A stretch of DNA of 64,000 bases, taken from assembly GCA_963666835.2 (NCBI GenBank), contig CAXXGO010000001.1, forward strand, positions 896,001-960,000, in the 5' to 3' direction. Positions 42,285 to 51,851 of the stretch are shown in pieces. The notes below the pieces were generated by a model. The model saw nothing but the letters and a program-made list of their open reading frames with translations, ran no database searches and had not been told where the DNA came from. The translations under genes were made by a program, and so were the position numbers. The DNA comes from Phycisphaerae bacterium (lineage in GTDB: Bacteria; Planctomycetota; Phycisphaerae; UBA1845). Numbering within the stretch: the first letter of the stretch is position 1; each line of letters opens with the position of its first letter.

Positions 42285-44737
42285 TCCGCACCTCCTGCGG
42301 CTGTCAGCCCGCCGAGCCCATCACGCTTCAGAGTCTGCTTAAGACGAGCTTCAAGGTCTAGCGCCAGTAGCAAATCCCGCTCGGAGAACTGAGCCGTTTC
42401 CGGTACTCGATCTGGTTTTACACCGATGCGATCGGCGACGGTGGCGGACAGTTCGTTGCACTCGCGCGGTGTCAGGTCGGCAAACGCCAGACGCAAGTCC
42501 GGCACCTGCCGTACGAATTGCTCCTCAGGCCACGACCGCAGCACCTCATGAACCGCATCGGTTGCTTCCGGCAGTTGCCGGAACAGGCTGCGCGCAGTCC
42601 GCATAAGGCCGCGTAGGAACGCAGGTCCATCTGATGTGTTCGTACCGACCAGATGACCCCGCAGGTGCCGGATCACCTCCTCGGCCGCCAATTCACCATC
42701 GCCATGCAGCGTACCCGCCGCCGCCCCCCGAATGGCGGCATTACCGCCAACGCTGTTGATCACTTCACGCAACGCACTGTGACGCAACTCACGGCGGACT
42801 GTCGTATCTCCAAGCGTCGTTGCTGATTGTGCCAACGCGTTCAGGGCATTGAGTACGGCTTCCGTTTGCTCCTCGGCCGTGGCCGTCAATTGCGGCAGAA
42901 GGTACACCGCCCGTTCATAAGCCTGCTCCGCCAACGCGGTGACGTCCGTGAGGTTGTGTGCCTCCAGTGGCTCGCGGGAGACATGCAGGGCCAACAACGT
43001 TTCTATAGCCGTTACCAGCGATACGAAATCGGCATCTTGCGCGATCAAGGCCCGTGTGCGCTCCAGGAGTTCCCGCGTGTGCCGATGCAATCCCATCCGA
43101 CATGCCTCGAGCAGCAACGCGGTTGCCACATCGGCACGCCGTCCCTGTCCCTGGGCCTCCGCTTCAGCGAATCGTTCCTGCAAGAGCGCCGCAACCGCCT
43201 CCTCGATGCTTGCGCCATAGACACTCTGTTCAATCAGCGTCGACTCGGCCGCCGGTGACCAGTGATACCGCCACACTTCCTGTATGCGATCCAGGTCCTT
43301 GCCTCCTACGAAGTCCGGGCCACGCACCAGTTCGGCAAAGGGCACGTCGAGGAAACGCAGACGGTAGAAGAACCGCGAGAGCGCGCGGTGCCGCGCTTTG
43401 CGGTAGAGGTCTAGAACAGACTCCCGAGCAACCACCAGATCGAGACCGACCTTCAGGCGTTGCGCTGTTGCGCGGAAGTCCTCGACAATTGGTGGTTGTC
43501 CGGCATCCGGCGGAATATCGCCTACGGCGTCGCCGGCCAGTAGCTGACGCGCGATAGCGAGCACCATGATTCCCTCGATGTCGATGGCACCCTTCACAAA
43601 GCAAGAACGGATCGCATCGAGAGCGTCTTCGCGCGCCGGCCGAGTATGCCCGCGGAGCTCCGCTAGTCGCCTGCAATGCTCCAATGCCCCAATCTCCTCC
43701 GCGACGGAAAGCTCAATGCGCCGCTTGCGACAACGTCGACCCAGCTCAACAAAAAGCCCCGCGATATCTCTGTTGTCCCAAAGGTGCTGATAGAAGGCTG
43801 GGGAAGGCATGCCGGACGCGTAGCCGTTCAGGCGATCGAGTTGCTCGAATCCGTACCGCATCAACACGACGAGCGCATCCTTCTTGGCCACATCGACCTT
43901 GCGTAAAATGCGCGGTTTCGTCTTAGGCAGCGCGACAGAGTGAAACCCGCCGGTCACTACAACGATACGTTTGGCATCTTCGCGTTTGATGGCGGCAGCC
44001 ATGGCGTGTTCGCGTGCCAGAGTACCGTCGGCTTCCAGTGCGTCGGCTGTATCGCCGTGCCTAGCAAGCGCGCAGTAAGTTAGTACGCCGTGCATGAACT
44101 GCGCGGTCGGCATGGACTCGTAGTCCACCTCGTACAGGTGATCCCACAATTCGTCCGGATTCCGCGTTCCACAGCGGCCACACAAAGCCTGCAGGAACCG
44201 GCTATGTGATAAAGCCCGTTCATCAAAGAGGCTCTGGGCTTTATCGCTTTCGCTGGTTCGTCCTGCCCGCACCATTTCCGGATAGGTCAAGTCGATAAAC
44301 CTCGCGGTCGCTCCGACCTCAGCGGCCGCCTGCAAGGCGGCCAGTTCAGGGGAGTAAGAACAGAGAGGGTAGTAGGCCGCATGGCGCCGCGGCAGCGCAT
44401 CGGCAGTGCGCTCAACGTAAGTGGTGTAGATCGCAACTGGGCACTTTGTCTCCGGATGCAGCAGCATCGGGATCAACGGCGTGGCGTCGCGTGGTCCCTC
44501 GATGAGCACAGCCGCCGGCCGCACCTGCCGTATCAGCTTTTCCACATGATAAGCACACGCCGGACTGTGGTGACGCACGGGAAAGTAGATCACCCGCGCT
44601 CCCAAATCAGGCGTTTCCGGCGGCACGAATTTCGGCAAAGCGGCAGGGGGGGCGGACTCGCCGTCATTACCACCATCATTCCGAGCCTTGCGCTGGGTTA
44701 ACGCAGAGCGCGTCGTGCTTTGAAATACTCGTTCCAT
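42281..44737 (-). CDS. DUF5682 family protein (YehM-like); start uncertain
   Basis: FPVRHHSPAC, VLIEGPRD, YSPE, VVTGGFH, NGYASGMPSPAFY. Confidence 0.85.
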   Translation of the reverse strand: MERVFQSTTRSALTQRKARNDGGNDGESAPPAALPKFVPPETPDLGARVIYFPVRHHSPACAYHVEKLIRQVRPAAVLIEGPRDATPLIPMLLHPETKCPVAIYTTYVERTADALPRRHAAYYPLCSYSPELAALQAAAEVGATARFIDLTYPEMVRAGRTSESDKAQSLFDERALSHSRFLQALCGRCGTRNPDELWDHLYEVDYESMPTAQFMHGVLTYCALARHGDTADALEADGTLAREHAMAAAIKREDAKRIVVVTGGFHSVALPKTKPRILRKVDVAKKDALVVLMRYGFEQLDRLNGYASGMPSPAFYQHLWDNRDIAGLFVELGRRCRKRRIELSVAEEIGALEHCRRLAELRGHTRPAREDALDAIRSCFVKGAIDIEGIMVLAIARQLLAGDAVGDIPPDAGQPPIVEDFRATAQRLKVGLDLVVARESVLDLYRKARHRALSRFFYRLRFLDVPFAELVRGPDFVGGKDLDRIQEVWRYHWSPAAESTLIEQSVYGASIEEAVAALLQERFAEAEAQGQGRRADVATALLLEACRMGLHRHTRELLERTRALIAQDADFVSLVTAIETLLALHVSREPLEAHNLTDVTALAEQAYERAVYLLPQLTATAEEQTEAVLNALNALAQSATTLGDTTVRRELRHSALREVINSVGGNAAIRGAAAGTLHGDGELAAEEVIRHLRGHLVGTNTSDGPAFLRGLMRTARSLFRQLPEATDAVHEVLRSWPEEQFVRQVPDLRLAFADLTPRECNELSATVADRIGVKPDRVPETAQFSERDLLLALDLEARLKQTLKRDGLGGLTAAGGAE

Positions 44738-45843
44738 ACCTCGTCCGAGTTCGCTCGCCCGCGAACAGCCGTGTCGAAATAGCGTCGAAGCTTCTTCAGG
44801 TCGTCCGGGTTGTCCTTCGTCACTGTGCCGCCGAGGTGTCGCGCGAGGGCGGCTGGAGTGAGCGTCTTGTCGCCGTAGTAATACGAATCCAGCCCCGCAG
44901 AGAGCGTTACCGCCACCGCCTCGGCCGTCGACATTATGGCGGTGGGTTTCTCAACCTGCACTCCGTCTGCGGTGACCCCCTCACGCAGGTCCTGAAACGT
45001 TGTTACGAGCAACTCGATCACCTTCGGCGGACAGGCGACCGGCGCTTGTACCTCGCCGAGCAGACGTTCCGCTTCGCGGGTGACCAGCTCCACCTCCAGG
45101 TTCAGCTCGCGGATGGGGGCAACGGTCTCGAAGTTGAACCGGCGTTTCAGTGCCGACGACATCTCGTGCACTCCCCGGTCGCGAATATTCGCCGTCGCAA
45201 TGACGTTGAAGCCGGGTGCTGCGAGCAGTTGACGATCATCGCCGGTTAGCTCTGGCACGAGAAGGATCTTTTCAGACAGAACCGAGACCAGCGTGTCCTG
45301 AATTTCCGGAGGACAGCGCGTGATCTCCTCGAACCGCACCAGAAGACCCTGCTGCATACCCACATAAAGCGGCGCCTGCACGAGCGCCCGAAGGCTCGGC
45401 CCCTCCGCCAGCAGGAGCGCGTAGTTCCAAGAGTACTTAATCTGGTCTTCAGTCGTGCCGGCAGAGCCCTGTATCGTGTTAGTCGAGTCGCCGGAGATCG
45501 CGGCCGCGAGCAGTTCGGAGAGCATACTCTTGGCAGTACCGGGTTCGCCCACGAGCATAAGACCTCTATTGCCCAACAGCGTCACAATGCACCGATCGAC
45601 CAGCACATCATCACCGTAGAACTTGCGGGCGATGACGGTCTTGTTGCCCGACTTGGACTTCTTGTTAGCCCACTTTGTGGCCGCCAGCCCGTCGGTTCCG
45701 ACGATAAAGGCTCGCACAGCGCGCGGCGATAGTTGCCAACCGGGCGGCTTCGGGTAAGGATCAAACTCCCTGAGGGCCGCCAACTCGTCTCGATAGAGAA
45801 GTTCAGCCGGCTGTCGCAAGACTGCGGTGCTTCTATCACTCAT
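44698..45843 (-). CDS. MoxR-type AAA+ ATPase (YehL subfamily)
   Basis: Walker A GEPGTAKS, FEEITRC, ATANIRDRGVHEMSSALKRRFNF. Confidence 0.92.
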   Translation of the reverse strand: MSDRSTAVLRQPAELLYRDELAALREFDPYPKPPGWQLSPRAVRAFIVGTDGLAATKWANKKSKSGNKTVIARKFYGDDVLVDRCIVTLLGNRGLMLVGEPGTAKSMLSELLAAAISGDSTNTIQGSAGTTEDQIKYSWNYALLLAEGPSLRALVQAPLYVGMQQGLLVRFEEITRCPPEIQDTLVSVLSEKILLVPELTGDDRQLLAAPGFNVIATANIRDRGVHEMSSALKRRFNFETVAPIRELNLEVELVTREAERLLGEVQAPVACPPKVIELLVTTFQDLREGVTADGVQVEKPTAIMSTAEAVAVTLSAGLDSYYYGDKTLTPAALARHLGGTVTKDNPDDLKKLRRYFDTAVRGRANSDEVWNEYFKARRALR

Positions 45844-46038
45844 GTCGGCGATTCCATTCGTTGTGTCATTAGTATTCGACCGCGGACTCCAAGTACGGAT
45901 TGTGACCGCTACCCGGCATTATTCTTCACGCCGCTCATGCCGCATGCTGCGCGTCCATGGCGGCGCAGGTGCGACCCGCTCCGCCGCCAGAGCGGTTGCC
46001 TCGCAGCTCGTGCTGCAAGGCGCGACTCAAAGATGTCG

Positions 46039-47031
46039 TCACCGCTTCATGCAACACTTCTTGTACTTCTTTCCGGAGCCGCAAGGGCAGAGGGTGTTCG
46101 GACCGACCTTCTCTCCGGCTCTGATCGGAAGACCTTCGCTCCAACCCGGCAAGGGTGCGCGGGAGGTGCTCCGCAAACCGGACGACGTTTGCGTGGATGC
46201 CGCACTCGCTGCCCGATCAACCGCTGAATGCTGTCCGGCGGGCCTTCTGCCTTTCCGGATGATCCTCTTGCCGATCTTCTTGACCTCGTTATACCGGCGC
46301 TTCAGTTCGTTTAGGACGTTGGGGTAAGCAGCCTGCCACTGTCCAGCCAGCGAGGCGGCGTGCGACTCCGAACAGCAAATGAGCTCGTCTATCTCAAGCT
46401 GTCTTCCGAAGGGCAGCGTCGCCCGGAAGAGCTCCGGTGCGACCTCTGAATCGTCTCCGTCTTCCCCGTACCTCAGAAACAGAAGGCTGGCCTTGTTGCA
46501 TCTGCACCGTGGATTGGCGCAGTAGAAATCCTCTACGAGGTAGGTCTGCCCCTCGTATGTGAATGAAAACGAGGGCCGTCTGGTTCCCGAGGCAATCTCC
46601 TCAGGTGTTCGGAAAATGTCGGAGAAGGGAACCAGGATGCCCTGCGTGACCTCTTCGACAGGCATAGTGAAGGAGGCCAGTGCTCTCGCTCTGCTCATGA
46701 GCTTCTCATGCCTCTCCCGGAACGTTGTCTTCATCTCATCGGAGAGGTTGGCGAGGAAGTCCTCCACGAGCCGGCTCGCGAGGTCGCTCAGCTTGGTTCT
46801 CTCGGATAGCGTGTCTTCGCGCCAGGTATCGATATTCAGATAGAGGGAGAACCGTATGGGATCGGGAATCGCCGCCCCGTCCCGGTTCGTCTCCATGAAC
46901 TCCAGGTTGACGATCCGACACGGACAGTCGGGGGTAGTGCAGTATGATTCGGTCATGGCGAAGTAGTGATAATCCGCCGACAATCGTATGACTTCGCGGC
47001 CGGCGTTTACGGATGTGTCTCCCATCGGCAC
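46039..47031 (-). CDS. SEC-C metal-binding motif protein with two internal CxxPxCxC motifs
   Basis: C-terminal GPNTLCPCGSGKKYKKCC; YCTTPDCPC and YCANPRCRC. Confidence 0.8.
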   Translation of the reverse strand: MPMGDTSVNAGREVIRLSADYHYFAMTESYCTTPDCPCRIVNLEFMETNRDGAAIPDPIRFSLYLNIDTWREDTLSERTKLSDLASRLVEDFLANLSDEMKTTFRERHEKLMSRARALASFTMPVEEVTQGILVPFSDIFRTPEEIASGTRRPSFSFTYEGQTYLVEDFYCANPRCRCNKASLLFLRYGEDGDDSEVAPELFRATLPFGRQLEIDELICCSESHAASLAGQWQAAYPNVLNELKRRYNEVKKIGKRIIRKGRRPAGQHSAVDRAASAASTQTSSGLRSTSRAPLPGWSEGLPIRAGEKVGPNTLCPCGSGKKYKKCCMKR

Positions 47032-47033
47032 CG

Positions 47034-47825
47034 TTACTCCTTGCGTTGCCGTGTCAGCTCACGCCTGCGACGCAGATCATCGAGGTTGTTCCTGGCTAGC
47101 TCATCATCGTCCGGTGCAAGCTCGACAGCCTTCTGCAGGGCTTGCTCCGCTTCGTTGTATCTCCCTGCATCCATCAGGCTCCAGCCCATGTCGTTCAGGA
47201 AGATGTGGTTGCGCGGCTCCAATTCCACCGCGCGCCGGAAATGCTCGACAGCCTGTTCGCGTCGGCCGAGTTTCCCGGCGCAGTAGCCCAGGGTATTGTG
47301 GTAGAGTGGCACCGCCGGATGGTTATCGATGGCCGCAGTGTAGAGCGCGATCGCATTCTCCATATCGTTTCGGTCGATGAGGAAATCGCCAGCCTTATCG
47401 ACGATCGCCGGCAGATCTTCCTTATCGGGCGCCAGGGTCGGGAGCGTGAGAAACATCTGCATGGCCTCGGCCACACGCCCCAACTGATACTCTACTGAAC
47501 CGACAGTGAGCAAAGCAGGTGCACACTCCGGATCGATCGCCAAGGCAAGCACCACTCCTGGACACGGACCCGCGGGTTCGGCCACGGGATAGCCGCTTCC
47601 ACTGGGCAGCCGGGAGATGGCGTCATCGAACATCTCCGTGGCAAGACCTCTGTGGTATTCGTACAGGGCCGCCAAGCGTCTTCTCTCTTGGGGCGCCGAC
47701 TGGTATTCTCTGCGCAAGTTCAGCAGCTCGGTGTCCTCTTCAAGCAAGCGTTGAAACGGAACATCGTGCAGTGTCAAACGTCTCGATTCGTCTCCTTCTG
47801 CAGGCCTGCGCGGAGTGACGTTCAT
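47034..47825 (-). CDS. TPR repeat protein
   Basis: YHNTLGYCAGKLG..AVEHFRRAVELEP; LNDMGWSLMDAGRYNEAEQALQKAVELAP. Confidence 0.8.
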   Translation of the reverse strand: MNVTPRRPAEGDESRRLTLHDVPFQRLLEEDTELLNLRREYQSAPQERRRLAALYEYHRGLATEMFDDAISRLPSGSGYPVAEPAGPCPGVVLALAIDPECAPALLTVGSVEYQLGRVAEAMQMFLTLPTLAPDKEDLPAIVDKAGDFLIDRNDMENAIALYTAAIDNHPAVPLYHNTLGYCAGKLGRREQAVEHFRRAVELEPRNHIFLNDMGWSLMDAGRYNEAEQALQKAVELAPDDDELARNNLDDLRRRRELTRQRKE

Positions 47826-47930
47826 GTCGAAGTCCTTTCGTACTCGCCATCCAGGCTTGGTTCTCACCGGCCCGGAAGCCGCGACCAACGACTGCACGAG
47901 AGTCGTCCGTGTCGGCTGATTCCCTCGAAC

Positions 47931-49052
47931 TTACTGTTTCAGCAAAGCCAGTGCGGCCAGCGGTCGCGCCTGCAAGTTAAGTCGTCCCGCCGTTGCCTCC
48001 CATCGATACACGCTCGCCGTCGATACGCCCAGACGACGGGCAAAGTCGGCTGCGGAGAGACCCAGTTGTCTACGGAGCCGGGCCACGGACTTACCTGTTG
48101 GACGAATCCTCGGCGCAGCGTCGCCCGGGTCTCCGCTCCGCGCCTGGGCACCGGCCTCCACCTGAGCGGGGCTTTTGCGGGTGGCGGCTCTACGTTCTGT
48201 CTTCCTGGATCTCACGGACCGGCTCACAGTCGGCGCAGGTTTGCGCCGCACCGCAGAGCCGGCTTTCCTCTTGGTGCTGGTCGAGGCGTCACGCCTGGCC
48301 GCACGACGACGTTTCCTCGACCGGGTCTTCAGGGCAGGTTGCGGCTCTGCCCCGTCGTCCAGGTCAATGCCGAAGATGTCGCCGAGCTGATCGTCGTCCA
48401 GCCGATCGCCCGTGGCGGTAGCGGCCGGAACGGCCATCTCGGTGGAGATCAGCTCCTCCGCATCGACGTCGCGAAGGAGGAACAACAGCTCCGGCCGGCT
48501 GTCGAGCCGACTGCCAACGCCGTAGAGTGCGGCGGCCACGTGCTTGCACATCACCGCCCAGTCGGGGCAATCGCAACTTAGTTGAATCTCACGCGGTTGC
48601 GGGAACAGACCCTGCGCGCGATCCGTCACCACGGTCATGACCTGGTCGGACAATCGGCCCTGCAGCAACTCCAGCACGGAGCCGATCCGCCCGGAGCATT
48701 TGTTCTTGACAGACCTCCAGGTGGACGGTTTCAGCTTCTTGACGCGGATGCTGATGTTGTATAGTTCGGAACCGATGACGATGGCCTCGATCCGTCCAGG
48801 CTGGATGGCCAAGTGGCATACCGAGCCGTTGCGCACGTAGGTTCGCCCCCGCGGCAAACGGTTCTCGAAATCGGAGAACGATTCCAGATGGTCGCACCAT
48901 CCCTTGCCCCAGAAACTCCGTGCGATCGTCCGTCCTTCGATCTCGATCGGCTGAATGTCCCTGCCCTTCTTACGGAGCTTCCCCATCTCTCGCAAGGCGT
49001 TGGCCCGCCGCCGGGCTACGGGAACATATGGCGCCCACTGTCTCCAAGCCAT
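47931..49052 (-). CDS. SNF2-associated SWIM zinc-finger protein with basic linker and C-terminal XRE-type HTH
   Basis: NRLPRGRTYVRNGSV, CDCPDWAVMCKHVAA; LRRQLGLSAADFARRLGVSTASVYRWE. Confidence 0.88.
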   Translation of the reverse strand: MAWRQWAPYVPVARRRANALREMGKLRKKGRDIQPIEIEGRTIARSFWGKGWCDHLESFSDFENRLPRGRTYVRNGSVCHLAIQPGRIEAIVIGSELYNISIRVKKLKPSTWRSVKNKCSGRIGSVLELLQGRLSDQVMTVVTDRAQGLFPQPREIQLSCDCPDWAVMCKHVAAALYGVGSRLDSRPELLFLLRDVDAEELISTEMAVPAATATGDRLDDDQLGDIFGIDLDDGAEPQPALKTRSRKRRRAARRDASTSTKRKAGSAVRRKPAPTVSRSVRSRKTERRAATRKSPAQVEAGAQARSGDPGDAAPRIRPTGKSVARLRRQLGLSAADFARRLGVSTASVYRWEATAGRLNLQARPLAALALLKQ

Positions 49053-49066
49053 CACATCCTCACCTC

Positions 49067-51748
49067 CTAAACGCTCGCCCGCGTAACGTCGAGCCGGACG
49101 AGCTGCAATAGTTCGTCATCAGGCAGTTCCGTCAAGTTGACCTCGCCTTCGGAAGTCAGTACTTCGTCAGCCATCTGCCGCTTCTCCGCGATCATCGCGT
49201 CTATCCGCTCCTCCACGGTTCCGTTGGTGACAAACTTGTGCACCAACACGTTGCGTTTCTGGCCGATGCGGAACGCGCGGTCGGTAGCTTGGTTTTCTAC
49301 CGCCGGGTTCCACCAACGGTCGAAGTGGATGACGTGTGACGCCGCGGTCAAGTTCAGCCCCGTTCCGCCCGCTTTGAGTGACAGGATGAAGAACGGAGGT
49401 CCGTCCTCATCCTGAAACTGCTCGACCACATCCTTGCGCTTCTTCACACTCGTTCCGCCATGCAACACCAGCCCCGCGCGATCGAAGATCGTGGCTAGGT
49501 GGTCCGCCAGTGGATCGATGATCTCGCGGAATTGCGTGAAGATCAACATCTTGTCCTGACGCTGGGCCAGTTCGTCGCAGATCTCGCCGAGGCGGATGAA
49601 CTTGCCGCTGTCGGAGGGGATGTAGTCGCCGTCGCCAGTAAGTTGGCTGGGGTGGTTGCAGATCTGTTTCAGTCGCATGAGTGTTTGGAGCACCAGCCCG
49701 CGCCGGGCCATGCCGTCGGCACTGTCCAGGTCCGACCGCATTTGCCGTACGGCCTGTTCGTACAGTGCGATCTGTTTCTTCGTCAGACTGCAATGTCGTG
49801 TTGTCTCGGTCTTCTCCGGTAGGTCGGCGATGATCGAACGGTCTGTCTTCAGGCGGCGCAGGATGTAGGGTCCAACCAATCGTCGCAAAGGCTCGAACTG
49901 GTTCTGTTGCCGGGCTTGCAGATTCTTGATGAATGACTTGAACACGCCGGCCGAGCCCAACAGGCCGGGGTTGAGAAAGTCGAACAGCGACCACAGATCA
50001 CCGAGGCGGTTTTCCACCGGCGTGCCGGTTAAGATGATCCGCGCTTGGGCGCGGAGCTTCTTCGCCTCCCTACTCTGGCGCGTCGTCGGGTTCTTGATCG
50101 CCTGGGCCTCGTCGAGAATCACCAGCCGCCAATCCAATCCCGTCAGCCATTTCTGGCGGATCAGCATTGAATACGTCGTGATAGCCAGATCGGTATCCCG
50201 AAGATGCCGATCGGGAGACTCTGCGATGCGCTCGAGCGTCTGGCGATCCGTCTCCGCCGGATGCAGAAACGTGAGCTTTACCGACGGTGCGAAACGCCGC
50301 GCCTCGGCGCGCCAGTTGCTCAGGAGCGAGGCGGGCACGACCAGAAGCGACGGCTTCCGGGGTTTCCTGGATTCCCTGTCCCGGTCACATAGCAGGAGCG
50401 CCAGCACTTGAATCGTCTTGCCCAGCCCCATGTCGTCGGCCAGGCACGCCCCCAGTCCCAGCGTCGTCAGAAACCGCAGCCACGCCAAGCCGACGCGCTG
50501 ATATGGTCGAAGTGTCCCCCGCAGTCCGTCAACAAGCTTGACCGCATCCAGTTGACCAGGCTCACGCAAACCTGTGAGGATTTCCTGCATCGCTTCGCCG
50601 GCGGAAACGTGTACCCACGGGCGTTCCTCGTCGATCCGTTCTTCATTCTTCAGGTCGGCTGATGTACCGGCCAGCAGACGCATTCCCTCGATGAAGGAAA
50701 TCTCGCCATCGCCCGCCTTCCGCTTTAGGGCTTGCCAGTGGTCGAGTGCCTCCCGCAGCTTCTCGCGATCCACTTCGACCCATTGACCTTTGAGCAGTAC
50801 CAGCCCGTCGTCGCCGGTCAACAGCTCAGCCAACTCCTCCGGCGAGAGGGTCTCATCCCCCAGGGCGAGCTTCACGTCGAAATCCAGCACCGCGTTGACG
50901 CCGAGCGCGGATTGCCTCTTCTGGCCGATCGTTACCGATACCTGTGGCCGGGCGCGTTTCCGCCACCAGTCCGGCAACCGGACCGACAGGCCGCTGTCCT
51001 CCAGTTCCGGCACGGTTCGCAGAAACGTGTATGCCCGCCCCGCCGTCCACGCCGTCGGCTGATACAATTCGCCGGAATCCACCAGTCTCATCACCCATTC
51101 GCACCGTTCGGCGGCCTGCTGGACCGGTGCGAGGAGCTTGATCAGCGCGGATCGGTTCTTTGCACCGGCGTATTGCTCCAGCGCCTTGCGCAACGGCAAG
51201 TGCTTGAGCCGCCCGCCGGCGCCAAAGCCGGTCGCGTAAGTGGCTAGGAATGCGAATGGACGTGCCTGATCGTTCTTGTTCTCAGCTAGGTGAAAGCACA
51301 CACGACCTACCTGATGCCATTTCGGCGCTCGCGCCGCCAGGAACGCTTCGAGCCCACCAGCCGAGCGAATCGCCTCCCTAGCCCACCGGTCCAACGCGTT
51401 CCAGATAGTCAACAGAGCTTCTGCGGTCAGATACTCCCCCCCCTGCATAGGCGGCGCCGTGAGCACCAGCGTCGCACACTCAGCCGGTGATGGTGGCTCA
51501 ACCTCGATCTTCTCGGTAGACCCGGGGATGTGGCACAGTGCGGTGAGATACCGATCTGCCACGCCCTGCCAGTAGTGCAGTGTCAGCGAATCGCCCTTGC
51601 CGATCTTCTCGGCCGCCAGCGTGAAGAGGCCCTCTCGCCAGTCAATAGAGAAGACCTTGCGCAACCCCGACAGTCGTCCAGGCTCGGAGTTGCCGTCCAG
51701 TGTCTTCCAATGCAGATTCCCGGTTGGTGTTAGTCGGATCTCTGGCAC
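49067..51748 (-). CDS. SNF2-family helicase/ATPase
   Basis: LRPYQ, LADDMGLGKT, DEAQAIKN, TGTPVEN, AGGTGLNL, WWNPAVENQATDRAFRIGQ. Confidence 0.95.
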   Translation of the reverse strand: MPEIRLTPTGNLHWKTLDGNSEPGRLSGLRKVFSIDWREGLFTLAAEKIGKGDSLTLHYWQGVADRYLTALCHIPGSTEKIEVEPPSPAECATLVLTAPPMQGGEYLTAEALLTIWNALDRWAREAIRSAGGLEAFLAARAPKWHQVGRVCFHLAENKNDQARPFAFLATYATGFGAGGRLKHLPLRKALEQYAGAKNRSALIKLLAPVQQAAERCEWVMRLVDSGELYQPTAWTAGRAYTFLRTVPELEDSGLSVRLPDWWRKRARPQVSVTIGQKRQSALGVNAVLDFDVKLALGDETLSPEELAELLTGDDGLVLLKGQWVEVDREKLREALDHWQALKRKAGDGEISFIEGMRLLAGTSADLKNEERIDEERPWVHVSAGEAMQEILTGLREPGQLDAVKLVDGLRGTLRPYQRVGLAWLRFLTTLGLGACLADDMGLGKTIQVLALLLCDRDRESRKPRKPSLLVVPASLLSNWRAEARRFAPSVKLTFLHPAETDRQTLERIAESPDRHLRDTDLAITTYSMLIRQKWLTGLDWRLVILDEAQAIKNPTTRQSREAKKLRAQARIILTGTPVENRLGDLWSLFDFLNPGLLGSAGVFKSFIKNLQARQQNQFEPLRRLVGPYILRRLKTDRSIIADLPEKTETTRHCSLTKKQIALYEQAVRQMRSDLDSADGMARRGLVLQTLMRLKQICNHPSQLTGDGDYIPSDSGKFIRLGEICDELAQRQDKMLIFTQFREIIDPLADHLATIFDRAGLVLHGGTSVKKRKDVVEQFQDEDGPPFFILSLKAGGTGLNLTAASHVIHFDRWWNPAVENQATDRAFRIGQKRNVLVHKFVTNGTVEERIDAMIAEKRQMADEVLTSEGEVNLTELPDDELLQLVRLDVTRASV

Positions 51749-51851
51749 GGTTTCTACTTTCCCTGTCCGTCCAGCGGTAGTCTATTCGCCCATCCGGACA
51801 ATCGGGCCGTATTGACGATGCACGCCAACGAGCCGTTCATCCCAGGACGTG

